Part shown: one piece after another, positions 37,400 to 50,100 of the stretch
Position numbering within the stretch: position 1 is the first letter of the stretch
How the letters are laid out: each line of letters begins with the position of its first letter
Assembly (NCBI GenBank): GCA_036172245.1
Contig: JAYWIR010000001.1
Span: forward strand, 806,001 to 870,000
Reading direction: 5' to 3'
Origin: Raillietiella orientalis
Taxonomy: Eukaryota
DNA: 64,000 nt
Made by a program: the position numbers and the translations under genes
The notes under the pieces: generated by a model
What the model saw: the letters and a program-made list of their open reading frames with translations, nothing else
The model's database searches: none
Told to the model about the DNA's origin: nothing

Positions 37400-39560
37400 C
37401 GAGCATCTGTATGAACACCTAAGTGTTTATACAGTCACAAAAACATCTCAAGATTACTGGTAGCACATGGTTTGAAATCCATCTTCAAATTTTGACCTTT
37501 TCGGAAGTACATGAAAGTATGTATCTTATCTACGTTATATGCCCACACTGTTCAATGGTTTCAGCAAACTAGTTGAGTGATCTTTGGAAGATGCGAGCAG
37601 AAAACTTTACAGAACTCTGCATATTGCTAGCTGGAAAATTAGCAGTTTTGAAAAATTCAAAACTTGGCTTCTTTCTTCAATAGCCTTCGCCATTCCATTA
37701 TTTTACTATCCTAATTATTCTTCGTTTCCTAGCACATCATCTCATACGGACCTTGTTGTCCATCCATCCAATCATTAACTATTTTTTTACATCTCAAGAA
37801 AGAATTTCTACCTTAGCATAAAATTTATTCAATTTTTAGGATTAATTAGAACTCTTCATATAAGTTCAGCAGTGCATAAATGGTAAGTGCTGCTCCGGAT
37901 GGAGAATATAGAACAGTGATTTTCACTTTTCTGCTTATTACTTTGTGTGAAGTCGGAATTGCACTTGTTAAACACCTTTAAGATTTTCTAGGTTGATAAA
38001 CTAATTGGAAAAAATAAATAATGTTTAAAGAATATTTTGTTCAGTGCGCCACTGGCAAAGACAAAGATGACCAGATTAAATACAGTTGGCTAGTTCTCAA
38101 AAGACGTCTCTTGCTCTTTATTTGGAAATAAAATTTTAATCAATTCGACTTTTTCCAATTAAGCAAGCAACTCTTTTCAGTTTTTATCAACGAGCTCAAA
38201 ACTGTCCTCAGGAGGCTGTGTTGCAATGGCATTCAAATAGCCTTAGTACAGCTGGTTTTCAAGTACGGTAACCGGTTCTCTGAAGAAGCGTTCCAAATAA
38301 GGAATTTCCATAGAATGGGACGAGAATATTTGCTCAACTGGAATAAAAGTAAAGCACAAAGTATAACTGGTTCTCCAGTTTCATTTACATTGCAGTCAGC
38401 TTTGTACTCTATGAAAGTGAAGAACTAATTTTGCTTTTATTCATGCACCGTATGCATGCGTCACCCCTATGGTAATTCATTCATTTAAGTGTCTTGATTT
38501 ATTTTTTAATCATTAGATATTCTTGTGCACTGGCCAGATAATCATCTTATGAAACAATTCGGTTGTTGATTACCACATGGAGAAAAGAACTTCATTTTAC
38601 ATTTTGTTCTTACCATTACCATGTTATTAATTTTTTTGTCATTCGATCTATTCTTCAGGAAAATATACTATTCCATTTTTCTGTAAATTTTGGAAAGGAT
38701 AAATGATCCCCGAAGATATGACGATGCTTGGTGCCTTTATATAATACTACTCATGAAACGCAAATCTTAATTTACATAAAAAGGCAGCATTTAGAGGTTT
38801 CATTTAAAAATAATGATTCACTTTTATCAGAGTGTTTCTTTTATATACTAAATCATAGCCGAGCACTTTGGGAATCTGCATCCTTCAAAGTGGATGTCTT
38901 TGCACAGAGATGCCTGCATCCTATTAGTAACTTAATAATTTCCAAACAATTTCATAGGCCTTTCGTCACATGAGAATCGAATTAAAAGTTGCTGTGGTTA
39001 TTCAAATTATACTCTACCCTATCTATTTAGGCAATACACTATTGAAGCAGTTTTTGTTCTTGTCAAAAGCTATCTATAAGAAAGCAGTATGCTAATTAAA
39101 ACGAAATGGCATCGTAAAATTTTCCCCTTATTTAATATCAAGCTGCAGCCCAGCAAAATCAAAGACCATTCCAAGTTTCTCAATGCAGTACCTACTCGTA
39201 AGATAGGTATCTTTAAATGCGACTCCTATAGATCAGATATTTATCCTGACTCTTGTGCCAATGAACCATGTCTTGACACATCACAACGAAGTTAGTCAAA
39301 ATGATGGCTACGTTGGATCCTTTGCAGCTGTTTTTTGAAAGCACATGAGGAAACAAGATAATAAACAAACGAAAGCATTGTATTTCTTCAGCACTTTCTA
39401 TCGGATAAGTCGCCACAGTTTTGCAAGCGTAGAAGACCGTAAATTTTCTGCTGCTTAAGATGGAATTAAAAGATAAAGGTGCCTGCCTGAACGGTATTTG
39501 CTTGCACAAAGCCAAAGCAGAAATAAGAAAAACTGGTATCTGCATAATTAAAGTGTCAAT
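37400..39560 (-). mobile_element. Possible very decayed hAT transposase
   Basis: Weak minus-strand motifs in plausible order: YFCF (~39520, TTF-like zinc finger), an HC.AH.LNLVL-like stretch (~38450) and SCTSEK (~37505, like SCSSERSF). Very degraded. Confidence 0.3.
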
Positions 39561-40415
39561 AGAAGCCAGCTAAGTTTACTCAAGGTCGTGTTTTGTACTG
39601 GCTGAGTACGGTAGCCCACTGCTCGAACATTTTAATGCCAACTCACTTTATGAAAAGCACCTGCTGCTAAAAGTGATTTTTACGGTGCACCTTGGCTTGC
39701 TAGTTTTAAGAGCATCTCCACTGATGGGGATTTGCTCTTGGAATGCATGGAACAAGTCTGAGACTAAGAGTCAGTTCGGTTCCCAAGCAAAGTTGCCACC
39801 GATAGCAGCTCTACGCGCAACGGTGTTGAAGATGGAATAGGGATATTTGCAAACAAGAATTAGAATCGTAAGATGGCACCGAAAATCCGACATTGATGAG
39901 CACTCTGCCTATTGAAAACATTGGGAATTGGGGAACACTCCGAACAGTATGCTCGGTGATGAGAGGGCTTTCCCTGCGGAATACCATTACTGTTTCAACG
40001 GGAAACTGGAATCAACGATTCGATCTCTTTCACATGGAACACTAGAGCTGACGTTCCCCCCCCCCTCCCCCATTAGGATCGGAAACAAACCGCTTCCAAG
40101 ATAGCCATAAAAAATGGCAAGGAAGGCATGGACAGCATCGGTTAAAAAGAGTCGAGTCCCCGCGGTGGAAGTCCTCCCGATCCTTCACGGGGCGTTGCTT
40201 AGGGTGACCCTGGACTGTGTGATGCCATCCCAAGGAAAGGAAGAGGTCCGTGCTGCGAAAATTGGGACCCGTCTTTCGATTCCTACAAACAGTGTTTGAG
40301 TTTGAGGCATGGGATGCAGAGCCATAGTCAGCATGCTTTGTGCAATAAGATTGCTCAAATACTTTTGCATGAGCTTGAGAATGTAAAAATCATTTTGGTC
40401 CAGAAATCGTTGTCA

Positions 40416-43400
40416 ATGGATTGTGCTGTACACTGGTTAGCCTACTTGGAGAGTATTTGTTTCAAATGCCATTCCAACTGGATACGATATGTCGATGGGA
40501 ATGGTCAGAAGTCAGTGCAAAGTATTACCGACTTTATTGGAAATTCACTCGTTATTAGGAGCAATCTGCAGAAACTGAATATCAGGGGAGAAATTATTGG
40601 CTGCATCTCATGGCCATCCATAAATACGCCCAGTGTTGTTTTCGGGTAAGTATTGAATTAATGAAAATAAGTTTTTCTGAGTGCAAGCAGCATTCAACTT
40701 TGTGGAGCAGCATTTCTGTTTCTGGATATGAGAGAATCTGATAGTATAACTAAGCACCTTTGTCAAGATGCTGGCATCAAGTATGTCATATTCTTTGAAG
40801 ATTCATGCCCTTTCCTAAATGCCAAAAGAGTTGCAATCATTAAGCTGAGTGGTACTGAATCTTTATACGTGTTCGATATCTCAGCAAGAAGAAGGCAATA
40901 TTCAGTTCCTTTGGCATATGCAGTTTGTACTTCAGGAAGCACAGGAAAGCCCAAACTAGTGCTTGTTCCATATTCTTGTATATTACCAAATGTTAAAGAT
41001 TTTAGGTAAAATGTATGGCTGTTACAGAAAATGATGTATCTTTTATAGACATATTTTTAGCCTTACATACAAAGATGTTATTTTGAATACTTCACCATTT
41101 ACTTTTGATCCAAGCATCCTTGAAATATTTTTGGCATTTTCTACTGGAAGTGCTTTAGTAATTGTGCATCCCTCTTTGCGTTTGAAAGGAGACATCATGA
41201 TTCAAATTTTGCATACTGAAGAAGTTACTTTCTTACAGATAACGCCTAGTCTTCTGCAACTGTGGTCTCATAATTATAATTATGATAGTAGATTGCTTAG
41301 TCCAGAAACTGCTTTGCGTATTGTAGCTATTGGTGGTGAAGCTGTTCCCTCAAAAAAGTGCTTGGACCTTTGGAAAGTTTCCAATAATTATCCAATGATG
41401 TTTAACATGTATGGGATTACAGAAGTATCTTGTTGGGCATCTTGGAGCAAAATATTTAGTGATTGCAAAACATCTTTAGGGAGACCACTTAATGAAACAA
41501 TTTTGGAGGTTAGACACTCTAGTCATGCAAGTTCTTGTAGGCAAGGAGTGCTTTACATAGGTAAATGATGTATTGTTAATTAAATCACAATCCTCAATGC
41601 TTTAGGTAGCTGGAAACGAATTACTTTTATACCTCCTGAACAATGTGAAACTACAAATAAAGTGGTTTTTCGCTGTACTGGTGATTTAGTGAGTGTAAAG
41701 GAAAAAGAATTGGTTTTCCTTTGTCGGACAGATGAAATCATTAAAAGATATGGTGTGAAAGTCAATCCTCTGATCATAGATGATACTATAGCCAAGCACT
41801 TTGGGAATATTCAAAGCACATCCACATGTGTTGGATCAACTCTGGTAACATATATTGACAATTCAACAGAAGAGACACCAGAGTCAATTTGGAATTACCT
41901 GAAAGGGCAGTTGGAAAACTCTCATCTTCCTGACAAGATTTTTTTTATATCTGAAATGCCTTTGACAGTGCATGGTAAGCTTTCAGTTTTCAAACTACTG
42001 CTTAGTAAATTTCTCCAGGAAAAATGAATAAAAGTGCACCATACAAGCAAAGTACAAATTCTCTGCAAAATGCAGAGCTTTTGGAGCAGTTTTACTTAAC
42101 CTGGATAGAAGCTATGCATAAAATACCTGAAGGAACAGATAGATTCCTTGAAGGTGGTGGAACTTCCTTCCAAGCATGGGTCATGTCTGAAAAGCTGTCA
42201 AATCAGTTTGAATTTCTCAATGCAACAAGAGTTTTGGAGAAGCTTTTGGATTGCACTTATTCTTCTATTTGCATGTACTTTCAAGAACAGGCGTATCAAC
42301 AGCAAACTTATGAAACTTTGAAAGAAATACAGCAGACTTCATCTGTGAAACATGAGATATCACTTGAAGGCAGTACTTTGGTTAAATCTGCAGGCAGTGG
42401 TCATAGCATTCAATTATGCATTAGTAAAGGAAGATTGTTGGAAAATGGTCAGCTTATCTGGCTGTATGAAAACAGCCCGCAAGGGACCAAACCACTGTCA
42501 TTTGATTTAATGTGGTCTTATGAAACCCAAAAGTGTGTTGATTCATCCCCATGCATAGTGATAACAAAGTATAAATACTTAATCTCACGGAATTTTTCAC
42601 ATGTACATTTCAGTCATCAGCATTTGGTAATCGCAGCATCGCATTCTGGTGAAGTCATGACTTTTAATTTGGAGACTGGTAGTTGTGAATGGTCCTGCCA
42701 GCTTCAAGAAAGAATTGAAGGCTCTCCCATGTTTTGTCATCACACACTATCGGTTCTTATTGGTAATCCGATCTTTGCTTGAGAAAAACAATTCTGTATT
42801 TAGGTACATATAAGGGCAGGCTGTATTGTCTTGATATAAGAAATGGAAATGTGCGTTGGTATTTTCAGACTGATGGGGAAATTAAAGGTACACCTTGTAT
42901 GCATCCAACACTTTGTACTGTTTATTTTGGTTCTCATGATCAGCACTTGTACTGTCTAAGTTCAAAAGTAAGCTCAGTAATTGTACTTTTGTTTGATTTA
43001 TAATTGCAGGATGGAACTATAGTTTGGAAAGTTCGATTTAGCAAAGCAAGTTTGTTTTCATCACCTGTTGTGTCTCCTGATCTGACATCCATATATTGTG
43101 CTTCTTTGGATGGAATATGCTGTAAAGTCACTACTGACAATGGTCATGTTTCTTGGAAACATCACTTGAACAAGCCTGTTTTTGCCTCTGCATGCACATG
43201 GCCTGCAGGAGTAATATGGTGTTGTGTAGACGGAAATATCAATGCATTCTCACATGATGGACTGAAGGTTTTTTTTTTTTTTTTTTTTACTTTGAGACGA
43301 TCATTATGTGCTTTCTCAAAATTTCAGCTCTGGATTATAAAAACAGGTGGCCCAATTTTTGCCACTCCAGCTCTTTGTTTCAAGGCAAATGTTGCATTAT

Positions 43401-43708
43401 TAGCAGTACCATCATATGATAAATACTTATATCTAGTAGATGTTGATGGTGGCCATGTTTTATGGAAGTCCAATTTACTTTTTCAAGCTTATGGTTCACC
43501 CTCTTTTTTTGGAGATTGCTTAATTATATGTAACACAGAAGGAAAATTGTTTGCTTTAGATTTGCATACTGGACAATCACAATTATGCACTAATCTCCCT
43601 GGAAAGTGTTTTTCTTCATCTGCTGTTTGGAATGGATGGATTGTTCTAGGATGCAGAGATAATAATGTTTATGGCTATAAATTACAGTTCTCAGAACTTC
43701 AGAGTTGA
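40416..43708 (+). CDS. AASDH: Beta-alanine-activating enzyme (NRPS-like: adenylation, carrier protein and PQQ-type beta-propeller)
   Basis: AYAVCTSGSTGKPK, FTFDPS, GGE, YGITEVSCWA, TGDLV and PLTVHGK (adenylation); FLEGGGTS (carrier); KCVDSSP, SHSG, RIEGSP, GSHD and LGCRDNNVY (propeller). Short GT-AG introns. The start could instead be the in-frame ATG at 40314. Confidence 0.93.
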
Positions 43709-45960
43709 GAATCATCTTTTAGTTTATGTGATTTAGAATTATTAAATTTCGGAGCTTTGAAATTCATTGTCAGGGATCTTCAAGTATCAGTATTTCTGGA
43801 AGACTTGAAAAATCAGTTACTCAAAATGGGACAGCTGAGTAAGATAGATATTTAAAACCAGTTTTTAAGTATTTCACTATTGAGATTGCTACTTTATGTG
43901 GCCTGTTCTGTATATAATGTAATTGCATGGTATAAATATGTACATGCACCAATAAATCTCATAATGTGATGTTATGGAAATCCAAAACCACCCTTGTGTT
44001 GCATCAAATTTTTTGTAGAATAGATATACAAATATTTGTAAAAGAAAATCTGAGTAATTACTTCCTGATGATCATAAGTTTTAAAAACTCTTTCAAAGCA
44101 AATCTGGTTTTCAAAGCATAACAAATTAAGAATGTTAGATTTTGCACAGTGTGCTTCATAAAAGAATGAACAAAGATACAAGGTACAAAAGATTCAATGA
44201 CCAAACTTCGTGATACAACGACAATGAATAAGATTAACAATTTCATAAATTTCAGAAGGAACTGATCAAGAGCCATCCAAATTCTAAATTGAAATCCTGT
44301 TGTTTACCCAACATAAGCTTGGATTAGCTGCAGTTCTGACATTTCTGAACATGTAAAAGATAAAAGCAAATACCAGTTTGCAACATGCTATTTAAGAAAA
44401 TAGATATGGTGCAAGTGGAGCATATATTTATTAGGAAACAGGATGTAAAGAATAGTTAAGCAAAGTCTGGGCAGAAAACTTTGAAGTCTGCATCATGCTT
44501 AAGACAGGAAACATTCTTTTCTTTCTTTAGACACTTATTTCATTCTTTCTAAGACTGCAGCAGATGTGTTACATCTTCCAGAGAATGGGGATCATATAAG
44601 TGGACATGAGATGGAAATTTGATGGCAGATTAACATATTGAAGGTTAAGTTGAAATGTTTTTTTCAAATGGATAATCCCCTTGCCATGAAAAGTCCTGTT
44701 TCTTAAAACAGCCTTGTCATTGATCAATGTATGTATAATGCTTCAGCCCTGGGAACAGGAAACTGACATTTCAGTTCAATTTTTTTTTTCAAATTCAGTA
44801 GTCTGAGAAGCTTTACTTAGTAGCACAGATTCATTCGAAACTACTGAATTGGTGTCAACTGGCATTTTTTTGTATCATCCGAAAAAGTTTTAATGCGTAC
44901 TTTGAATTAATGCATTTGAGGTATTTTGACATTTACTTGTGCCGAATGAAAACTTCATGTTTCCTTTTCACTAGTACTTCATGTGCATTTTCTCAAATGT
45001 AATATCTCTAAGGTGAACAGATGCCTCTCAGACCTGCTCTCCAGCCTCATAGTTAAAATTCATGGCGACCCTATAATTCACATCATGAATTGATTTTGTC
45101 CTGAACTCAATATTCTCTCTGCTAAACTTATTCATTGCTTATGAATTTTTGTGCAGCACAGGGTCCGCCGTTGCTCTGATGCATGTAGGATTCACTTCTG
45201 TCTATCCTATACTGATTTGATTCAAATTTCATAATTAACGAGGCTGTACCTTTTCACCCTTAAATTTGAGGCTTGTGATGATGCCAGCTCCACACCAAGC
45301 CTAAGGTTTAAAGTTGAAAACGGAAGAGGAGAAAATTGCATGACTGATACTTTCGTACCATTTGATGCCAGACCGTTTATTCAGCAACACGCAAAATATC
45401 GTACACTGGGGGTTTATTGGGAAAATGCAGAGAGAGGGCAGTGGGAGGGTGAAGGATGATAAAAAGCAAAATAAGAATTATTCAGAGGGGAAAGAAGCGG
45501 AGGAGGCCCCGAATTATCGTGAGCCTGACGCTGCTCAGCACTTTGGAGACATCCGTTCTCGTTTGGTTGCTGCCCGAGGGGCGCATGCGGCCCTTCTATG
45601 TGCACCCCATACCATTCACAACCATGAAGTATTTTTTTAAACTTCGGATAGTCGGGTAATAGTTTTTGTTGGCACCCGTTGGCACCCTCACGGGTTGTCG
45701 TTTGTTTAGTAATTTAGTGCAATAATGTTGTTGCGTACAGTTTCGTTTCTTAGAATTTAAAGTGTTAGTACGCGGAAAGAATAGTCTGCACTTAACTCAC
45801 CACAATTAAAAGAGGATTTGTTCACATCCGTATTCAGATTTTTTTGCACAAAATATGTGAACGTAAAAAAATGTATATTGTTTTAAAGTTTATGGAGTTA
45901 ATTAAAATATATTAATGTATAAATTTTTTTACATGATTATATTATATGACGTACTATATA

Positions 45961-46032
45961 CAGCCCGCGTAATGTTGAAAACTTATGTGTTTGGCTCGAG
46001 AAGGATAAAGGTTGAGTAACACTGGTCTAGCC
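45961..46032 (+). mobile_element. Probable right end of a hAT (Charlie/Buster-like) element or MITE
   Basis: cagcccgcg...aaaggttgagtaacactg is followed by gtctagcc, resembling Charlie TIRs and the NTCTAGAN target preference. No left end found. Confidence 0.5.
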
Positions 46033-47109
46033 CATGTCAAAGCACGGCTCCCCCTAGGTGAGGAAGTGCCAGTGTAATGGCTGCCAGCCTGTACTGTAAA
46101 GTTCAGCGCTAAACGGACCAACGTGATTCCGCAGATGAAACTAAAATTGCGATCACCGTCCCTACTATCCCCATAATGGGGATGCTACTCCCCTAGCAGC
46201 ATGATCGTGCACTGCTCTGGGTGCATGGAGAAAGTTGTGTGGTTCTGTAGCCTAAGTAGTAACATGAAGCATCAAAGGGGGAAAAGTTGTAAAACGGAAT
46301 GCATCCATCTATATATAACTAGACTCTAAATAAAACTCATTAATATAAAATCGTTAATTTGCTATAAAGTCAGAAATTTCGTCAATTAAGCAAAAATTGA
46401 TCTATGTGATTGAGTTTTCAGGAAACTCGATTATAGATCCAGAAATGCAAATACTAGTACTTTTAATTGTTATGACACATCTATTGGAGTGCTATAGGGT
46501 ATTTATGACATTTATTGATGTCGTGCTTAATCAAAGTGCATTCGATTATTACTTATCATCGCTCCATCTAAGGATACGGGAAGAGAATAATGCATTCTAT
46601 GAAGCAGTAGAAAGAGTTCAAGTTACATTACTGGGCACAGAAATATATTTGATCAGATAATATTATCCAAAAGTTGGCTTGAATATGAAATTCTTTTATT
46701 GGAATTGAGTACTGTGGGTGTTATCAGCATTGTGGAAACTATATATGTTTTCCAATCATGAATTTTTTGATTTAATCTATTATTTATATACAAAATCATA
46801 TAGGGCATTTCTAGAGTGTAGTTTAGTTTCTTTTTTGTCTTTCTGAGTTTTATGATCTACATACTGCTATTTATTCATGCATCAATCTTTGAGAAACACT
46901 CGTCAAAACACTAGGAATTCTGGTACGCCTTACTAGATACTTCTGTATACCTTGGGGAAGCGGGGTTTTTGAAAGTTTTGTTGCTGTTTTGATATGTAAA
47001 ACTGAAAATGTGCCCCCCAAAGCGCATCTTATTGAATTTTAATCGGAGAGCCTGCAATGTCGTGAATTGAAAAGTTTCCGTTCTATTACTATGAGTCTAC
47101 TTAACCAAA

Positions 47110-50100
47110 ATGAATTCGTACTTCAAGTCTGATGATGACGGTTCAGCAGAATCTTTTGAAGCAGATTCATCTGATTTGGATGATAGTAAGATGCCTGAGA
47201 AAGTTCAATATAATTCTTCTTTTGTCAGTTATCGACAGGATTACATTATCATTTAAAAAACAACTATCCTTTGCTCATCCTAAAGAAGTTGCAGAGAAAA
47301 GAACTTTCACAGATAAAGAGAGACAATACATTAGTAGTACATCTGATGAGGCGGAAGAATCTCTTATAGAAGAGCGATGCTCGTCAAAATTTCAAACTCC
47401 GATACCTAAGAGTGTCAAGTCTAATGCAAGTATGTAAGTAATTCTTGTTTCACAAACTCCCATTTATCACACATGCCACAGGTCCATCTGTCTGTGTTTT
47501 TGAAACAAATCGACATCGCTTATAATAGTATAATATTGGTTACGATTATTTTGACACAGTAATTTGTTATATCTCAGTAAATGGAAACAAAATTCAATAT
47601 TTTGAGTTCTCATTCTTTAGTTCATCCTGACATTACTGTTTGCCTAATAGCAAATTAATATCTGTTCTCTTAAAATGGCACACTTCAATTAAAAAGTCAA
47701 TAGATATTATTTGGACTCAATTTCCTTAAGGTTCATTTTATTTACTTGGATTGAATTCCGTAAATTTACAATTCAGAATATGACATTCACCAAGGCACAA
47801 ATATGTACACTAAAATATTTTGTAATGCTGTTTTTCAAAAATGAAGTGCGAGTTCCAATGATTGGAATAGAAACAACTAATGATAGAATTTTTGATATTC
47901 ATCACTTCTACAAGAGTTGTATATTGTTAGTGTCAAACATTCACAAATTTGTCATGACTTGATTGAGAATGGACGATTCACACACTGTAATTAAAGAGTT
48001 CGTAGTCAGTAAGGCATGTTAAATGTATTATCAACCTGTAAGTGAACTTTACATATTATAAGTAACTAATTTTGTTATGACACAAAGATGAAATCCAATC
48101 CAAAACAAATGGTTTTAGGATTTTACCTTCTAATGAACTGCATTATAACACAAATTACTGACACATCCTCATATCTGCAATTTTTGGGAATGTTAGGCAT
48201 ATGGAAACTAAATAAACCTTAATACATAAACAAAGAATATCTGAATGCGAAATGTGCAGTTGAATTGCCTGCAAAATTAACTCATAAATTTTTTTTTATT
48301 AAGCAAGAGTCAACTTTAGAATGTTAAGATGCTTATTAATTTATTATATGTTGTAATATGAATCTAATGAAATTTTACACTGTGACAAGATAACAAAAAC
48401 ATTTATAAAAATATCAAGAGTTGAACACACTGCCATCCTTGATGATCTTTTGCAATGCAATTGTTGAAACTGTGAAAAGCATATAGATGGTATAAACTAA
48501 GCCTACAAATGGAGGAATTTCTTGTGTAGAATTTCTTAGTTCTTTATCTGTTAATATATGGCATCCACATTATCTACATTACTGTAAATACATGAAAATC
48601 ACGTGATAAGTTTGAAAGTGATAAGTTTCCCTGCATGTTTAGAATTGAGTGTATCTGCCTCCATGATATATTTTGTCCTTATCCATGACCTGATATTCAG
48701 AAATTGTGTTTAAAAAAACAAAGGTTGGTATTATGAGTTCCCATTATAATTATTATAGGGACTGTATTATTTTTAGTAATATTTATTTATTTTTTTTTAA
48801 TTTAGAAGTTGGAATAAGTAGTGAAGCTTTCCTTGCACAATGCTCTTCAATCAATGAAGCTCGGGAGTTTTTACGCATGCTATCAGGTAGATGCAACTAT
48901 AAATCCCCCCCTGAGTGCTTGCTTATCAGTTGCTTATAGCAACTGGTTATTCAGATAAATGAATGAATGTTTGCTGAAAAATAATGGTGCACAATGAGCC
49001 GTTTGGATATCAAATGCTCAAATATACGGATATAATATAGCATCGTATTTATAATGTTAGTTCATTGTTTGGCAACCAAGGGAATCTATCTCAGTCCCAT
49101 TCATAGATACTGAGTTGTGCATTGTAAGTAAGTTTTGTAGTCAAATGCAAGCAGTTACTTAATAACATTATTGTTATAATTCATGTTTGAAACATTCTAC
49201 CATGTCTGTTGTATTAAATGCTTTTTTAGTAATAGGGTTATTGGGTAAAATATGAATACTACTACCTCAGAATTCAAATATGCTCTCAAATTCTATGTTT
49301 TACAAAATTTTAGATGATGCACCAGTTATTCATTTAAAGAATAAGTCTCCAGCAGCAACTTTTGTTCATCAGTATTCTAGAAAAAAAATTGAGTTAGCTG
49401 AAATTTTATATGCTGTATACAATAAATATGTTTTTAATAATAAGGTAATTTGTTAGAATAAGTAAATTTGCAAAGTACAATTTATCATTATTTATATGCT
49501 ATTTAATCTCATTCAGTCAGTTCAGTTTTATGACTTAGTATTAAAGAGACCAAATATTAAATGACATGATTATTTAAATGAAACCAAAAGTCTTATTTCT
49601 TATTAATTACTGCTATGGAATTAGTTTGAGTATTGCAACAGTCTGGTACATTGCATTCTTTGTACACAATGGTTAAATTATTAAGGAAATATATCAATTT
49701 CATAATAAAATACATCAGAATAGATGAAGCACACTTTTCACTTAGGGAATTTCGAGTACACATCATTTACCTACTGCATTCAAGTCTCCTTGAATGCAAC
49801 AAATTATCAACAGAAAGATGAATGAGTAATATTCTACATATGCCTATAAGAAGTGAATTGAAAAATTAATATACACCTTATAGAGTATAGGCAACTGTTT
49901 GACAAACCTTAGTCTGCTTCTTAGTACTACCCTAGCCATGAAACATGATTAACCATACAAATCACAGATGTGCGGTGGTAAACCGTTACTTTTCATGCAG
50001 TGTTTTTTCATCACTTGATTATGGCAATGACCCCATTTTCGTCTTGTGAATGGCTATTGTAGCTTCTAGTTCAATTGCAGCCAGCCTTCAGTCTTCCATA

